Below are positions 1 to 8,166 of a DNA stretch of 64,000 bases, one piece after another (position 1 is the first letter of the stretch; every line of letters starts with the position of its first letter). A program made the translations under genes and the position numbers. The stretch comes from Candidatus Nealsonbacteria bacterium (lineage in GTDB: Bacteria; Patescibacteriota; Minisyncoccia; Minisyncoccales; JAGMDC01), in the NCBI GenBank assembly GCA_030612885.1, contig JAUWMZ010000004.1, positions 17,631 through 81,630 of the forward strand. Reading direction: 5' to 3'. The notes under the pieces are model-generated. The model ran no database searches, was not told the DNA's origin, and saw only the letters and a program-made list of their open reading frames with translations.

Positions 1-1
1 G

Positions 2-214
2 CCTCGCTGGAAAGAAATTGAAAAAGAATATCCTTGGTTAAAAACAGAGTATATTGAAAGAGATGAACATCCAGAGATTGTAGAAAAATACAATCTTTTG
101 GCTATTCCCAGTTTTATCTTCCTTAATAAAAATGGCGAGGAAATTTTAAGATTTTCTAAAATAGTAGAAAAGGATGTTTTAATAAAGGCAATTTTAGAAA
201 ACAAGGACAAATAA
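2..214 (+). CDS. thioredoxin-fold protein, C-terminal part (5' end outside window)
   Basis: Frame-2 ORF open from window edge to TAA 212-214; ...EHPEIVEKYNLLAIPSFIFLNKNGEEILRF... resembles the C-terminal half of a Trx fold. Confidence 0.5.
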   Translation, partial: PRWKEIEKEYPWLKTEYIERDEHPEIVEKYNLLAIPSFIFLNKNGEEILRFSKIVEKDVLIKAILENKDK

Positions 215-216
215 AA

Positions 217-648
217 ATGCCGAGACATATTATTATATTTGGTATTACAGCTATCATTATTACGGTTATTGCCGGCTATTTAATTTATACAAACCAAAAT
301 CCAAACGATCATAACGGAGCTGATTTAGAAACGCTTGTTTTAGACAAAGAAGGGGGGATAGATTTAGACGCTTGTTTGGAGAGAGGTCTTGCTGATAAAA
401 TTATAGTTTTAGAATCAGAATATTGCAGCGCTTGTAAAATTGTTGTTCCCAGACTACAAGAGATTGAAAGAGAATTAGGGAAGGAAATTATTTATTTAGA
501 TTTGTCTAAAGAAAATGATCAGAATAGGGCTAAAGAATTTAAAATTTGGCCTAAATGGACGCCTACTGTTTTAATAAGTTGTGATGTTTTTATTGGCGCT
601 TATTCTAAAGAAAAATATAAAGAAGCAATAGAAAATTTAAGTTATTAA
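217..648 (+). CDS. membrane-anchored thioredoxin-like protein (CxxC)
   Basis: N-terminal TM helix IIIFGITAIIITVIAGYLIY followed by Trx-like domain with CSAC motif (SEYCSACKIVVPRL). Confidence 0.6.
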   Translation: MPRHIIIFGITAIIITVIAGYLIYTNQNPNDHNGADLETLVLDKEGGIDLDACLERGLADKIIVLESEYCSACKIVVPRLQEIERELGKEIIYLDLSKENDQNRAKEFKIWPKWTPTVLISCDVFIGAYSKEKYKEAIENLSY

Positions 649-658
649 AAATTAAGGT

Positions 659-1522
659 ATGGAAAAAAGTAAAATTATCATTGCTCTTTTGATTATTATA
701 GGACTGATAGGTCTTTTTTTCTTAGCTAAACAGGCCTCGCCAGAAACCTTCAAAGAGCTCGGTTTAAATTTGTCTTTACCCTGGTTTACTTTTATTATTG
801 CTATTATTGATGGTTTTAATCCCTGTACTTTATGGGTTTTGACTTTTTTGCTCGTTTTACTAATTTCTGTGTCTGAAACCCCCGAAGCAGAGCAAGCTCG
901 CTACGGGGCAGGCAGAAAAAGGATATTTATTGTTGGTTTAACTTTTGTATCAGTTATTTTTATTGTTTATTTTATGTTTATGACTGCCTGGTTAAATATA
1001 TTTCGTTATATAGGATTCATTGATCCATTAAGAATAATGATTGCCAGTGTAGCTTTGATTGCTGGAGCGATTAATTGCAAGGAGTTTTTCGCTTTTAGAA
1101 AAGGTATAACTTTAATGATACAAGAAAAACATAAACCTCTTTTAATGCAAAAGATAGAAAAAATGAAAGAGGTTATAAGATACGGCTCTCTGCCAGCCCT
1201 AATCACAGCTTCTGTTATACTGGCCTTGTTTTCTTCTTTGGTGGAGCTGCCTTGTACTGCTGGCTGGCCTATAATTTATACAGGTGTATTATCAGCAAAA
1301 GTTTTTGAAGGAACTATTTCTTTTTATATTTATTTATTGTTTTATAATCTTATTTACATCATACCTCTTAGCGCAGTGATATTATTATTTGGCTGGTTTT
1401 TCAAAGGTAAGAAAATTAGCAAAGAGCAAACACAAATAATAAAACTTATTGGCGGAGTAATAATGATTGCTCTGGGAATAATTTTATTAGTCAATCCAGG
1501 ATTATTAATGCTAATGGAGTAA
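659..1522 (+). CDS. CcdA/DsbD-like thiol-disulfide membrane electron transporter
   Basis: Polytopic membrane ORF with two Cys-in-TM motifs (GFNPCTLWVL, ELPCTAGWP); adjacent to two Trx-fold genes. Confidence 0.55.
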   Translation: MEKSKIIIALLIIIGLIGLFFLAKQASPETFKELGLNLSLPWFTFIIAIIDGFNPCTLWVLTFLLVLLISVSETPEAEQARYGAGRKRIFIVGLTFVSVIFIVYFMFMTAWLNIFRYIGFIDPLRIMIASVALIAGAINCKEFFAFRKGITLMIQEKHKPLLMQKIEKMKEVIRYGSLPALITASVILALFSSLVELPCTAGWPIIYTGVLSAKVFEGTISFYIYLLFYNLIYIIPLSAVILLFGWFFKGKKISKEQTQIIKLIGGVIMIALGIILLVNPGLLMLME

Positions 1523-1536
1523 TTCATAACTATTTT

Positions 1537-2265
1537 ATGCTTTTAGAAATCAAAAACTTAAAAGTTTTGGGGAACGGTAAGGAAATATTAAAAGGGATTA
1601 ATCTGAATATAAAGAAAGGAGAGACCCAAGCGCTTTTGGGTCCGAATGCCAGCGGGAAATCCACCCTTGCCCAAATTATTTTAGGAAACCCGAAGTATAA
1701 AATTACAGAAGGCAGGATTTTTTTTAATAAAAAAAATATTACTAAACTTTCTTCTGAAAAACGAGTCAAACTGGGAATTGCTCTAGCTTGGCAAAATCCA
1801 CCAGCTATAAAAGGAGTGAAACTCTCTCAGCTATTAGAGGAAATTTCAGCTTTTAAAGGTTCAATCTCCACATTTTTTAAATTTCAGAAAATTGGTTTTC
1901 AGTTAATAAATAGAGAAGTAAACGTAGATTTATCTGGCGGAGAAAGAAAGATGTCAGAATTATTGCAGGTTTTAAGTCTTAAGCCAAAACTAGTTGTCTT
2001 TGACGAGATTGATTCCGGTTTGGATTTTAAAAAAATAAAAGAGGTATCAGAAATAATAAAAAAAGAACTGCTCGCAAAAGATATTTCAATTCTTTTGATT
2101 ACTCACTCTGGAGAGATTTTAAAATTTTTAAAACCGAATATTACTAATGTAATGGTCGCTGGGAAAATTATTTGTAAAGAAAAAGATTATAAAAAGGTTT
2201 TAAAAACCATTAAAAAATATGGCTATGAAAAATGTAAAAAATGCCGATTATTATCAAATAGATAA
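1537..2265 (+). CDS. sufC: Fe-S cluster assembly ATPase SufC
   Basis: Walker A GPNASGKST, signature LSGGERK, Walker B VVFDEIDSGLD, SufC-like N-terminus. Confidence 0.85.
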   Translation: MLLEIKNLKVLGNGKEILKGINLNIKKGETQALLGPNASGKSTLAQIILGNPKYKITEGRIFFNKKNITKLSSEKRVKLGIALAWQNPPAIKGVKLSQLLEEISAFKGSISTFFKFQKIGFQLINREVNVDLSGGERKMSELLQVLSLKPKLVVFDEIDSGLDFKKIKEVSEIIKKELLAKDISILLITHSGEILKFLKPNITNVMVAGKIICKEKDYKKVLKTIKKYGYEKCKKCRLLSNR

Positions 2266-3130
2266 TAGAATTCCAGAAATTTGCCAGTTGAAAGGAATAG
2301 AAGTTTTATCTGCTAAATTGGCTTGGGAAAAATATAACTGGACTAAAAAATATTTTTTAAAAAAACCAAAACACGGCTACTTTATTTGGGTAAAAAAACA
2401 ACCCCAATTGCCAATTTTTACTTGTATCACCATCGCCAACAAAAATATCAAGCAGGAGCTTCAGAATCTTTTAGTTGTAGAAAAGAATTTAAAAATAAAA
2501 ATTCAGGGAACCTGTAATGCTCTGAAAAGAAATTTGGCTGGGGTTCATCAGGCGAAAGGGAAGATTATTTTAAAACAAGGATCAACTCTTCAATATAGAC
2601 ATATTCATTCTTGGGGAGAAAAGGATATTGTTGAGCCAAATTATGAGTTTTTCTTAGAGAAAAAAGCGAAATTAGATTATAGTTATAAAGTTTTTTCTCC
2701 TCCTAAAAAATTAAAAATGAAGACATTGATTACTCTTTTAGAAGGATCCTCTGCTAATCTGAATATTGTGGGAAAATTTTCTCAAACCAAAACAGAATTT
2801 GAAGAGACATTAATTCTAAAAGAAAAAGGTGCTTCTGGAATAATAAAACTCAGATTGGCGGGAAATAAAAATAGCGAGATTACTGCTTATTCCAAGGTTG
2901 TAGCTCAATCTGAAAGCAAAGGTCATTTGGACTGCCAGGGATTATTAATGAATAAAGATTCAAAAATTTCTTTAATTCCAGAATTGATTTGTAAAAATAA
3001 AAAAGCCCAAATTACTCATGAGGCCTCAATTGGAAAAATTTCCGAGGAGGCATTAAATTATTTGAGAATGCGCGGCTTAAAAGAGAAAGAAGCAATTAAT
3101 CTAATCATTAATGGATTTTTAGAAAATTAA
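2219..3130 (+). CDS. SufB/SufD-family Fe-S assembly protein
   Basis: C-terminal THEASIGKISEEALNYLRMRGLKEKEAINLIINGF matches the SufB/SufD signature; overlaps sufC 3' end. Confidence 0.75.
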   Translation: MAMKNVKNADYYQIDNRIPEICQLKGIEVLSAKLAWEKYNWTKKYFLKKPKHGYFIWVKKQPQLPIFTCITIANKNIKQELQNLLVVEKNLKIKIQGTCNALKRNLAGVHQAKGKIILKQGSTLQYRHIHSWGEKDIVEPNYEFFLEKKAKLDYSYKVFSPPKKLKMKTLITLLEGSSANLNIVGKFSQTKTEFEETLILKEKGASGIIKLRLAGNKNSEITAYSKVVAQSESKGHLDCQGLLMNKDSKISLIPELICKNKKAQITHEASIGKISEEALNYLRMRGLKEKEAINLIINGFLEN

Positions 3131-3132
3131 TT

Positions 3133-3720
3133 ATGGATGTGGAAAAAATAGAAGAAGAACTAAGAAAAATAAAGGATGAAGTTTTACAATGCCAAAAATG
3201 TGTGCTTTATCAAACAAGAATTTTACCTGTTATTGGACAGGGCAACCATCAAGCAAAAATAATGTTTGTCGGCGAAGCGCCTGGTGCGTCAGAGGACAAA
3301 ACTGGTCGGCCCTTTTGCGGAGCAGCTGGTAAGATTTTAGATGAACTATTGGAATCTATTAGTATTAAAAGAGAAGAAGTTTATATTTGTAACATTCTCA
3401 AATGCCGCCCTCCAGCAAATCGCAATCCTAAAACAGAAGAAATAGAGGCTTGTACTCCTTATCTTCTACGACAAATTGAAATTGTAAAACCCAAAGCAAT
3501 CTGCGCTTTGGGTAATTTTTCTACTGCTTTTATTTTTGAAAAATACGGCTTAAGAGATAAAATTGAGGGGATAAGTAAAATTCATGGAAATATTTTTGAG
3601 GCAAAAACTCTATTTGGTTCTCTAAAAATTATTCCTCTTTATCATCCAGCCGTAGCTACCTACAATTCTAATATGAAAGAAATCCTAAAAAAAGATTTCC
3701 GAATTCTTAAGAATCTCTAG
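3133..3720 (+). CDS. uracil-DNA glycosylase, family 4
   Basis: CQKCxL, GEAPGASEDKTGRPFCGAAGKILD and C-terminal HPA motifs typical of family-4 UDG. Confidence 0.85.
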   Translation: MDVEKIEEELRKIKDEVLQCQKCVLYQTRILPVIGQGNHQAKIMFVGEAPGASEDKTGRPFCGAAGKILDELLESISIKREEVYICNILKCRPPANRNPKTEEIEACTPYLLRQIEIVKPKAICALGNFSTAFIFEKYGLRDKIEGISKIHGNIFEAKTLFGSLKIIPLYHPAVATYNSNMKEILKKDFRILKNL

Positions 3721-3730
3721 TAGGCAAATT

Positions 3731-3783
3731 ACAAACACCGGGTGTTTGTTGATGACAAATTAGAACGATCGTTCTAATTTGTC
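3731..3783. terminator. two adjacent hairpins between convergent udg and topA (likely bidirectional terminators)
   Basis: acaaacac-cgg-gtgtttgt (3731-3749) and a perfect 30-nt palindrome gacaaattagaacgatcgttctaatttgtc (3754-3783). Confidence 0.55.
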
Positions 3784-3787
3784 ACAA

Positions 3788-5833
3788 TTATTTTTTGTAG
3801 TCGCACTCTTTATTTGAGCATTTGATTTTGCCTTTTTTTGTTTCTACTAAAAGAGAACCGCATTCAGGACATTTCTCATTAATTGGTTTGTCCCAAAGAG
3901 CAAAATCGCATTTTGGATATTGATTGCAGGCGTAAAATGTTTTTCCTTTTCTAGTTTTCTTCTCTATAATTTCTCCTTTGCCGCATTTAGGACATTTGAT
4001 ATTCAAAGACGGTCTTTCCAATGGTTTAGTGTATCTGCATTTTGGAAAGCTAGAGCAAGCGTAAAATTTTCCATATCTGCTCATTTTTTTTACCAAAGGC
4101 GAACCGCATTTAGGACATTTTTCATTTGTTTTTTCTTCAGCAATTTCTTTTTTAGCTATTTCTTTTTCCTTTACTTTTAAATTTTCTTCAAAAGGCTGAT
4201 AAAATTCTTTTATTACCGAAATCCATTTTCTTTTTCCTTCAGATATTTCATCTAAATCCTTTTCCATTTCCGCTGTAAATTTCATATCTACAATTTTAGG
4301 AAAATGTTTAACCAACAAATCATTAACGATGATTCCTATTTCTGTCGGCTCAAATTTTTTATTTTCATTTTTTTGAACATAATTTCTTTCCTGAATTGTA
4401 GAAATTGTAGGCGCATAAGTTGAAGGCCTGCCAATGCCGTTTTCTTCTAAAACTTTAATTAAGGTTGCCTCTGTATATCTGCCTGGCGGCTGGGTGAAAT
4501 GCTGTGAAGGAAGAAGTTTTAAGAGTTCTAATATCTCATTTATCTCAAGTACGGGCAGTTCGTTTTCTTCGTATTTAATGGAATATACCTTTAAGAATCC
4601 ATCAAATTTAAGTATCTGTCCGGTTGTTCTAAAGATATATTCTTTAGCGCTAATATCTACAGTAGTGGAGTCAAAGAGGGCTTGACTCATTTGACAAGCG
4701 ATAAATCTCCGCCAAATTAAATCATAAAGTCGAAGTTGGTTATCATCTAACTTAGCTTTTATCTCTAGTTTGTCAGGCTCTTTATCAGGATAAGCAGGTC
4801 TTATGGCTTCATGGGCTTCTTGAGCGCCTTTTGCTTTTGTTTTGTATTTCTTCAAAAACCCAGCCCAATATTCTTTTCCGTAATTATCAATGATAAATTT
4901 TCTTGCTCCAAACAAAGACATTTCAGATAGATTTAAAGAATCAGTTCTATGATAGGTAATAAGTCCTTTTTCATAGAGGCCCTGGGCAGTTCTCATTGTC
5001 ATTTTAGCGGGCCAGCGCAATCTTTTCCAGGATTCTTGCTGTAGAGTAGAGGTAGTAAAAGGCGGCAAAGGATTTCTTTTTATTTCTTTTTTTTCAATGT
5101 TTGAAATCTTGTATTCAGCTCCTTTTAAATCCTTAACAATCTTTTCCGTTTCTTTTTTTGTTTTAATTCCCAGTTTCGGAATTACTTTCCCATCTTTTTT
5201 AATAAGCTTTGCCAAGAATTCATTTTTCGCGTTGGTTTTGTGTGATTGAAGCTTTGCTTCAATCAGCCAATATTCTTCTGGCTTGAAATTTTTAATTTCT
5301 CTTTCCCGTTCCACTACCAGACGGACAGTTACCGATTGAACCCTTCCTGCAGAAAGTCCTCGGGCGACTTTTTTCCATAAAAGAGGGGAGAGTTTATAGC
5401 CAACCAAACGGTCTAAAATTCTTCTTGCTTGCTGAGCATTAACCAAATTTATGTCAATTTTTCTTGGATTTTTTAAGGCCTGCTCAATTGCTGATTTGGT
5501 AATTTCGTGAAAGACAATCCTTTGATACTTTTTACCATTTAAATTTAAAATTTGGCTTAGATGATAGGCGATTGCTTCTCCTTCTCTATCTTCATCAGTG
5601 GCCAAAATAAGCAGGTCTGTTTTTTGAGATTCTTTTTTAAGTAATGAAACTGTTTTTCTTGCTTTTAGAGGAATAACATATCTCGGCTTAAAATTTTTCT
5701 CTGTGTCTATTCCTAATTCACTTTTTGGCAAGTCGCGAATATGACCATAAGAAGATAGGACCTTGTATTTAGGTCCTAAAAAATTACTGATAGTCTTAGA
5801 TTTTGTAGGGCTTTCAACGATGACTAATTGCAT
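3788..5833 (-). CDS. topA: DNA topoisomerase I
   Basis: TOPRIM start MQLVIVESPTKSKTI, active-site region ITYHRTDS, C-terminal CxxC...CxxC zinc ribbons. Confidence 0.95.
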   Translation of the reverse strand: MQLVIVESPTKSKTISNFLGPKYKVLSSYGHIRDLPKSELGIDTEKNFKPRYVIPLKARKTVSLLKKESQKTDLLILATDEDREGEAIAYHLSQILNLNGKKYQRIVFHEITKSAIEQALKNPRKIDINLVNAQQARRILDRLVGYKLSPLLWKKVARGLSAGRVQSVTVRLVVEREREIKNFKPEEYWLIEAKLQSHKTNAKNEFLAKLIKKDGKVIPKLGIKTKKETEKIVKDLKGAEYKISNIEKKEIKRNPLPPFTTSTLQQESWKRLRWPAKMTMRTAQGLYEKGLITYHRTDSLNLSEMSLFGARKFIIDNYGKEYWAGFLKKYKTKAKGAQEAHEAIRPAYPDKEPDKLEIKAKLDDNQLRLYDLIWRRFIACQMSQALFDSTTVDISAKEYIFRTTGQILKFDGFLKVYSIKYEENELPVLEINEILELLKLLPSQHFTQPPGRYTEATLIKVLEENGIGRPSTYAPTISTIQERNYVQKNENKKFEPTEIGIIVNDLLVKHFPKIVDMKFTAEMEKDLDEISEGKRKWISVIKEFYQPFEENLKVKEKEIAKKEIAEEKTNEKCPKCGSPLVKKMSRYGKFYACSSFPKCRYTKPLERPSLNIKCPKCGKGEIIEKKTRKGKTFYACNQYPKCDFALWDKPINEKCPECGSLLVETKKGKIKCSNKECDYKK

Positions 5834-6692
5834 AGATATTTCCTCCTAAGTTTCTTACTTTGTTTTGTATCTCCAAATTAGAAAGAGTGCTTGCTACTTT
5901 GGCTGGACCAAGTTCTGTTCTTTCAATTATTTTATCAATATACAATGCTTGTTGAGATAAAGCAACCAAAACGAGTTTTTCTGCTTCATTTTCTCCTTTT
6001 ATCTCTTTTTTGTTGTTTAATTTAAATAGACCAGTGTCTAAATTTAGTTCTTTTAAAATATCTTTGGCATTTTCTACTAGCTTCGCGCCTCGTTTGATTA
6101 AAAAATGGCAGCCTTTAGAATTCTGGGAATAAATGGAGCCGGGCAGAGCAAAAACTTTTCTTCCTTGTTTTCTTGCCCATTCAGCAGTAATCAAGGCGCC
6201 GGATTTTTCTTTTGCCTCCACAACTAAAATACCCAAACTTAAGCCAGAAATTATCCGGTTTCTATTCGGAAAGCTGAATTTAGAACCAGGGGTTCCAGAA
6301 GGGTATTCAGAAATTAAAAGTCCATTCTTTTCTAAAACTTTTTCTACTAACTTTAAATTTGATTGGGGATAAATAGTTTTTTCATCTAAGCCGGTTCCTA
6401 AGACAGCAATTGTTCTTTTTTCTCTTTCTAAAACTCCTGAATGGGCTGCGGTGTCAATTCCTTGAGCAAAACCGCTGACAATGGTTAAGCCAGCCTCACT
6501 TAGATCGCCAGCGATTTCCAAGGCTGCTTGTTTTCCATAAGAAGAACACATTCTGGTTCCAACAATTCCAAAACAGGGCTCTTTAGCAATTATTTTTCCT
6601 CTGTAATAAAGAACCTCTGGCGCGCCTTTAATTTCTTTTAATCGCTTGGGATAATTCTCGTCCTCAATTGAGATGGTTTTTATCTCATTCAT
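5814..6692 (-). CDS. dprA: DNA-processing protein DprA
   Basis: GIVGTRMCSSYGKQAALEIAGDLSEAGLTIVSGFAQGIDTAAH Rossmann-like DprA core. Confidence 0.85.
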   Translation of the reverse strand: MNEIKTISIEDENYPKRLKEIKGAPEVLYYRGKIIAKEPCFGIVGTRMCSSYGKQAALEIAGDLSEAGLTIVSGFAQGIDTAAHSGVLEREKRTIAVLGTGLDEKTIYPQSNLKLVEKVLEKNGLLISEYPSGTPGSKFSFPNRNRIISGLSLGILVVEAKEKSGALITAEWARKQGRKVFALPGSIYSQNSKGCHFLIKRGAKLVENAKDILKELNLDTGLFKLNNKKEIKGENEAEKLVLVALSQQALYIDKIIERTELGPAKVASTLSNLEIQNKVRNLGGNIYAISHR

Positions 6693-6693
6693 T

Positions 6694-7347
6694 TTATTGA
6701 TTAAACTCTGCCATTGCTTTTTCTATGCCTTGTTTTGCCGCCATTTCAATTGCTTGGTAGGTTTTTTCAATTACTTCTTTTAAGATTTTACTTTCTTCTT
6801 TTGAAAATTTTTGAAGAACGAACCCCGCACCAGAAACTTTGTTTCGGTGCGGGACTAGTCCAGCACCGAGCTTTGCTCTGGTGCTGGGTTTTTCTGTATT
6901 CTGTATTCTGTATTCTTGGTTTTTGATTCCTATTCGGAAGCGGACAAAGTTTTTTGTGCCGAGTTCGTCAATAATTGATTGAACTCCTTTGTGTCCGGCT
7001 GAACCGCGATTTTGAACAATTTTCATTTTTCCCAATGGTAAATCCAAATCATCGTGAACCACCAATAAATTGACGAGAAATGTTCTCGTCAATTTAATCA
7101 ATGATAAATTATTAATGATTATTTTGACTGCTTTGCCTGATTCATTCATAAAGGTTTGTGGCTTGGCCAAGATTATCTTTTTGCCATCCATAATACCTTC
7201 TGAAATTTCTGCCTTGAATTTCTTTTTTAATTGCCAATCAGAAAAACCGTGAATTTTCTGAAATTCATCTAAGGCCATAAATCCGACATTGTGCCGAGTT
7301 TTTTGATATTTTTGGCCGGGATTACCTAAACTTACTATAAGAATCAT
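6694..7347 (-). CDS. pth: peptidyl-tRNA hydrolase, with an in-frame palindromic/tandem-repeat segment near the C-terminus
   Basis: MILIVSLGNPGQKYQKTRHNVGF..., VVHDDLDLPLGK, RFRIGI ... FVLQKF; unusual segment encoded by 6824-6913. Confidence 0.9.
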   Translation of the reverse strand: MILIVSLGNPGQKYQKTRHNVGFMALDEFQKIHGFSDWQLKKKFKAEISEGIMDGKKIILAKPQTFMNESGKAVKIIINNLSLIKLTRTFLVNLLVVHDDLDLPLGKMKIVQNRGSAGHKGVQSIIDELGTKNFVRFRIGIKNQEYRIQNTEKPSTRAKLGAGLVPHRNKVSGAGFVLQKFSKEESKILKEVIEKTYQAIEMAAKQGIEKAMAEFNQ

Positions 7348-7369
7348 TATTTTATTATAGCACCCCTTG

Positions 7370-7448
7370 CCCCGTAGTGAAAATTTGACTTATTTCATAA
7401 ATTAAAGTTTTCTGAAAGAAAACTTTTTGTCAAATTTCTACTACGGGG
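7370..7448. mobile_element. 79-bp MITE-like hairpin element with CCCCG termini, flanked by CTTG direct repeat
   Basis: Arms ccccgtagtgaaaatttgac / gtcaaatttctactacgggg (18/20 complementary); inner hairpin aaagttttc-tgaa-agaaaacttt; CTTG at 7366-7369 and 7449-7452. Confidence 0.6.
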
Positions 7449-7486
7449 CTTGTAAAAATAAAAAAACTTGCTAAAATAGAATAAGT

Positions 7487-8047
7487 ATGAAAATATTAAA
7501 AAGTATATTGTCATTTATCTGGGAGATATCTAAAATTGTTATTATTGCTTTGCTGATAGTAATTCCTATCCGCTATTTTATATTCCAGCCATTTTTTGTT
7601 AAAGGCCAATCTATGGAGCCGAATTTTCACAATGGTGATTATTTAATTATTGATGAAATATCTTATCGTTTTTCTGCTCCCGAAAGGGGAGAAGTAGTAG
7701 TTTTCAAATATCCGAATAATCCTTCCCAGCGTTATATTAAAAGAATTATTGGTTTGCCAGGAGAAACAATAAAAATAGAAGATGATAAAGTAAATATTTT
7801 GAACGACGACTGTGAATTTGTGTTATATGAATCAAACTATCTTTCTGACTTTATACAAACGCCGGGAGATATTGTATTTCCATTAGGAGAAAATGAATAT
7901 TTTGTTTTAGGGGATAATAGAAATGCTTCTTTTGATTCCCGAAAATGGGGCGCTCTATCAGAAGAAGATATTATAGGAAGAGTGTTTTTTAGAGCTTGGC
8001 CAGTAAGCGTCTTAGCTAAGATTGAGATACCGGAGTATAACCACTAA
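7487..8047 (+). CDS. lepB: signal peptidase I
   Basis: GQSMEPN (catalytic Ser), RGEVVVF, YIKRIIGLPGETI (Lys box), GDNRNASFDSR. Confidence 0.9.
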   Translation: MKILKSILSFIWEISKIVIIALLIVIPIRYFIFQPFFVKGQSMEPNFHNGDYLIIDEISYRFSAPERGEVVVFKYPNNPSQRYIKRIIGLPGETIKIEDDKVNILNDDCEFVLYESNYLSDFIQTPGDIVFPLGENEYFVLGDNRNASFDSRKWGALSEEDIIGRVFFRAWPVSVLAKIEIPEYNH

Positions 8048-8115
8048 TAAAATCACTAATTTGAATCTCTAATTATCACTAATAATTTATTCGTGAGTAT
8101 TCGTGATTATAGCAA
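8048..8115. repeat. AT-rich word-repeat spacer (CACTAAT / ATTCGTG family)
   Basis: aatcactaat...tatcactaataatttattcgtgagtattcgtgat; same words as the spacers at 42141-42233 and 43559-43648. Confidence 0.6.
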
Positions 8116-8123
8116 ACTTTAGT

Positions 8124-8154
8124 TTGATATATCAAAACTTCGTTTTGTTATAAT
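8124..8154 (+). promoter_or_regulatory. putative sigma70-type promoter of hisS (TTGATA-19-TATAAT) inside palindrome tttgatatatcaaa
   Basis: TTGATA 8124-8129, TATAAT 8149-8154, 12 nt before the GTG start; a near-identical motif recurs at 27709-27739. Confidence 0.4.
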
Positions 8155-8166
8155 TCGTAAATATTT

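Noticed and set aside
1-10. The window begins gcctcgctgg, which resembles the ...gcctcgct terminus of the GC-rich repeat family
   Set aside because: It lies inside an open reading frame (PRWKEIE...) with no other part of the element upstream in the window. An 8-nt match is likely chance.
3920-4180. Numerous 60-130-aa ORFs antisense to, or in alternative frames of, topA, dprA, pth, fusA, tuf, rplD, rplV, rplO, ppsA and others (e.g. 3920-4180, 33149-33460, 36182-36364, 38628-39011, 47049-47435, 56056-56583)
   Set aside because: They are fully nested in strongly supported conserved genes, are low-complexity (Phe/Ser/Leu/Lys-rich, as expected from an AT-rich antisense strand), and have no recognisable motifs.
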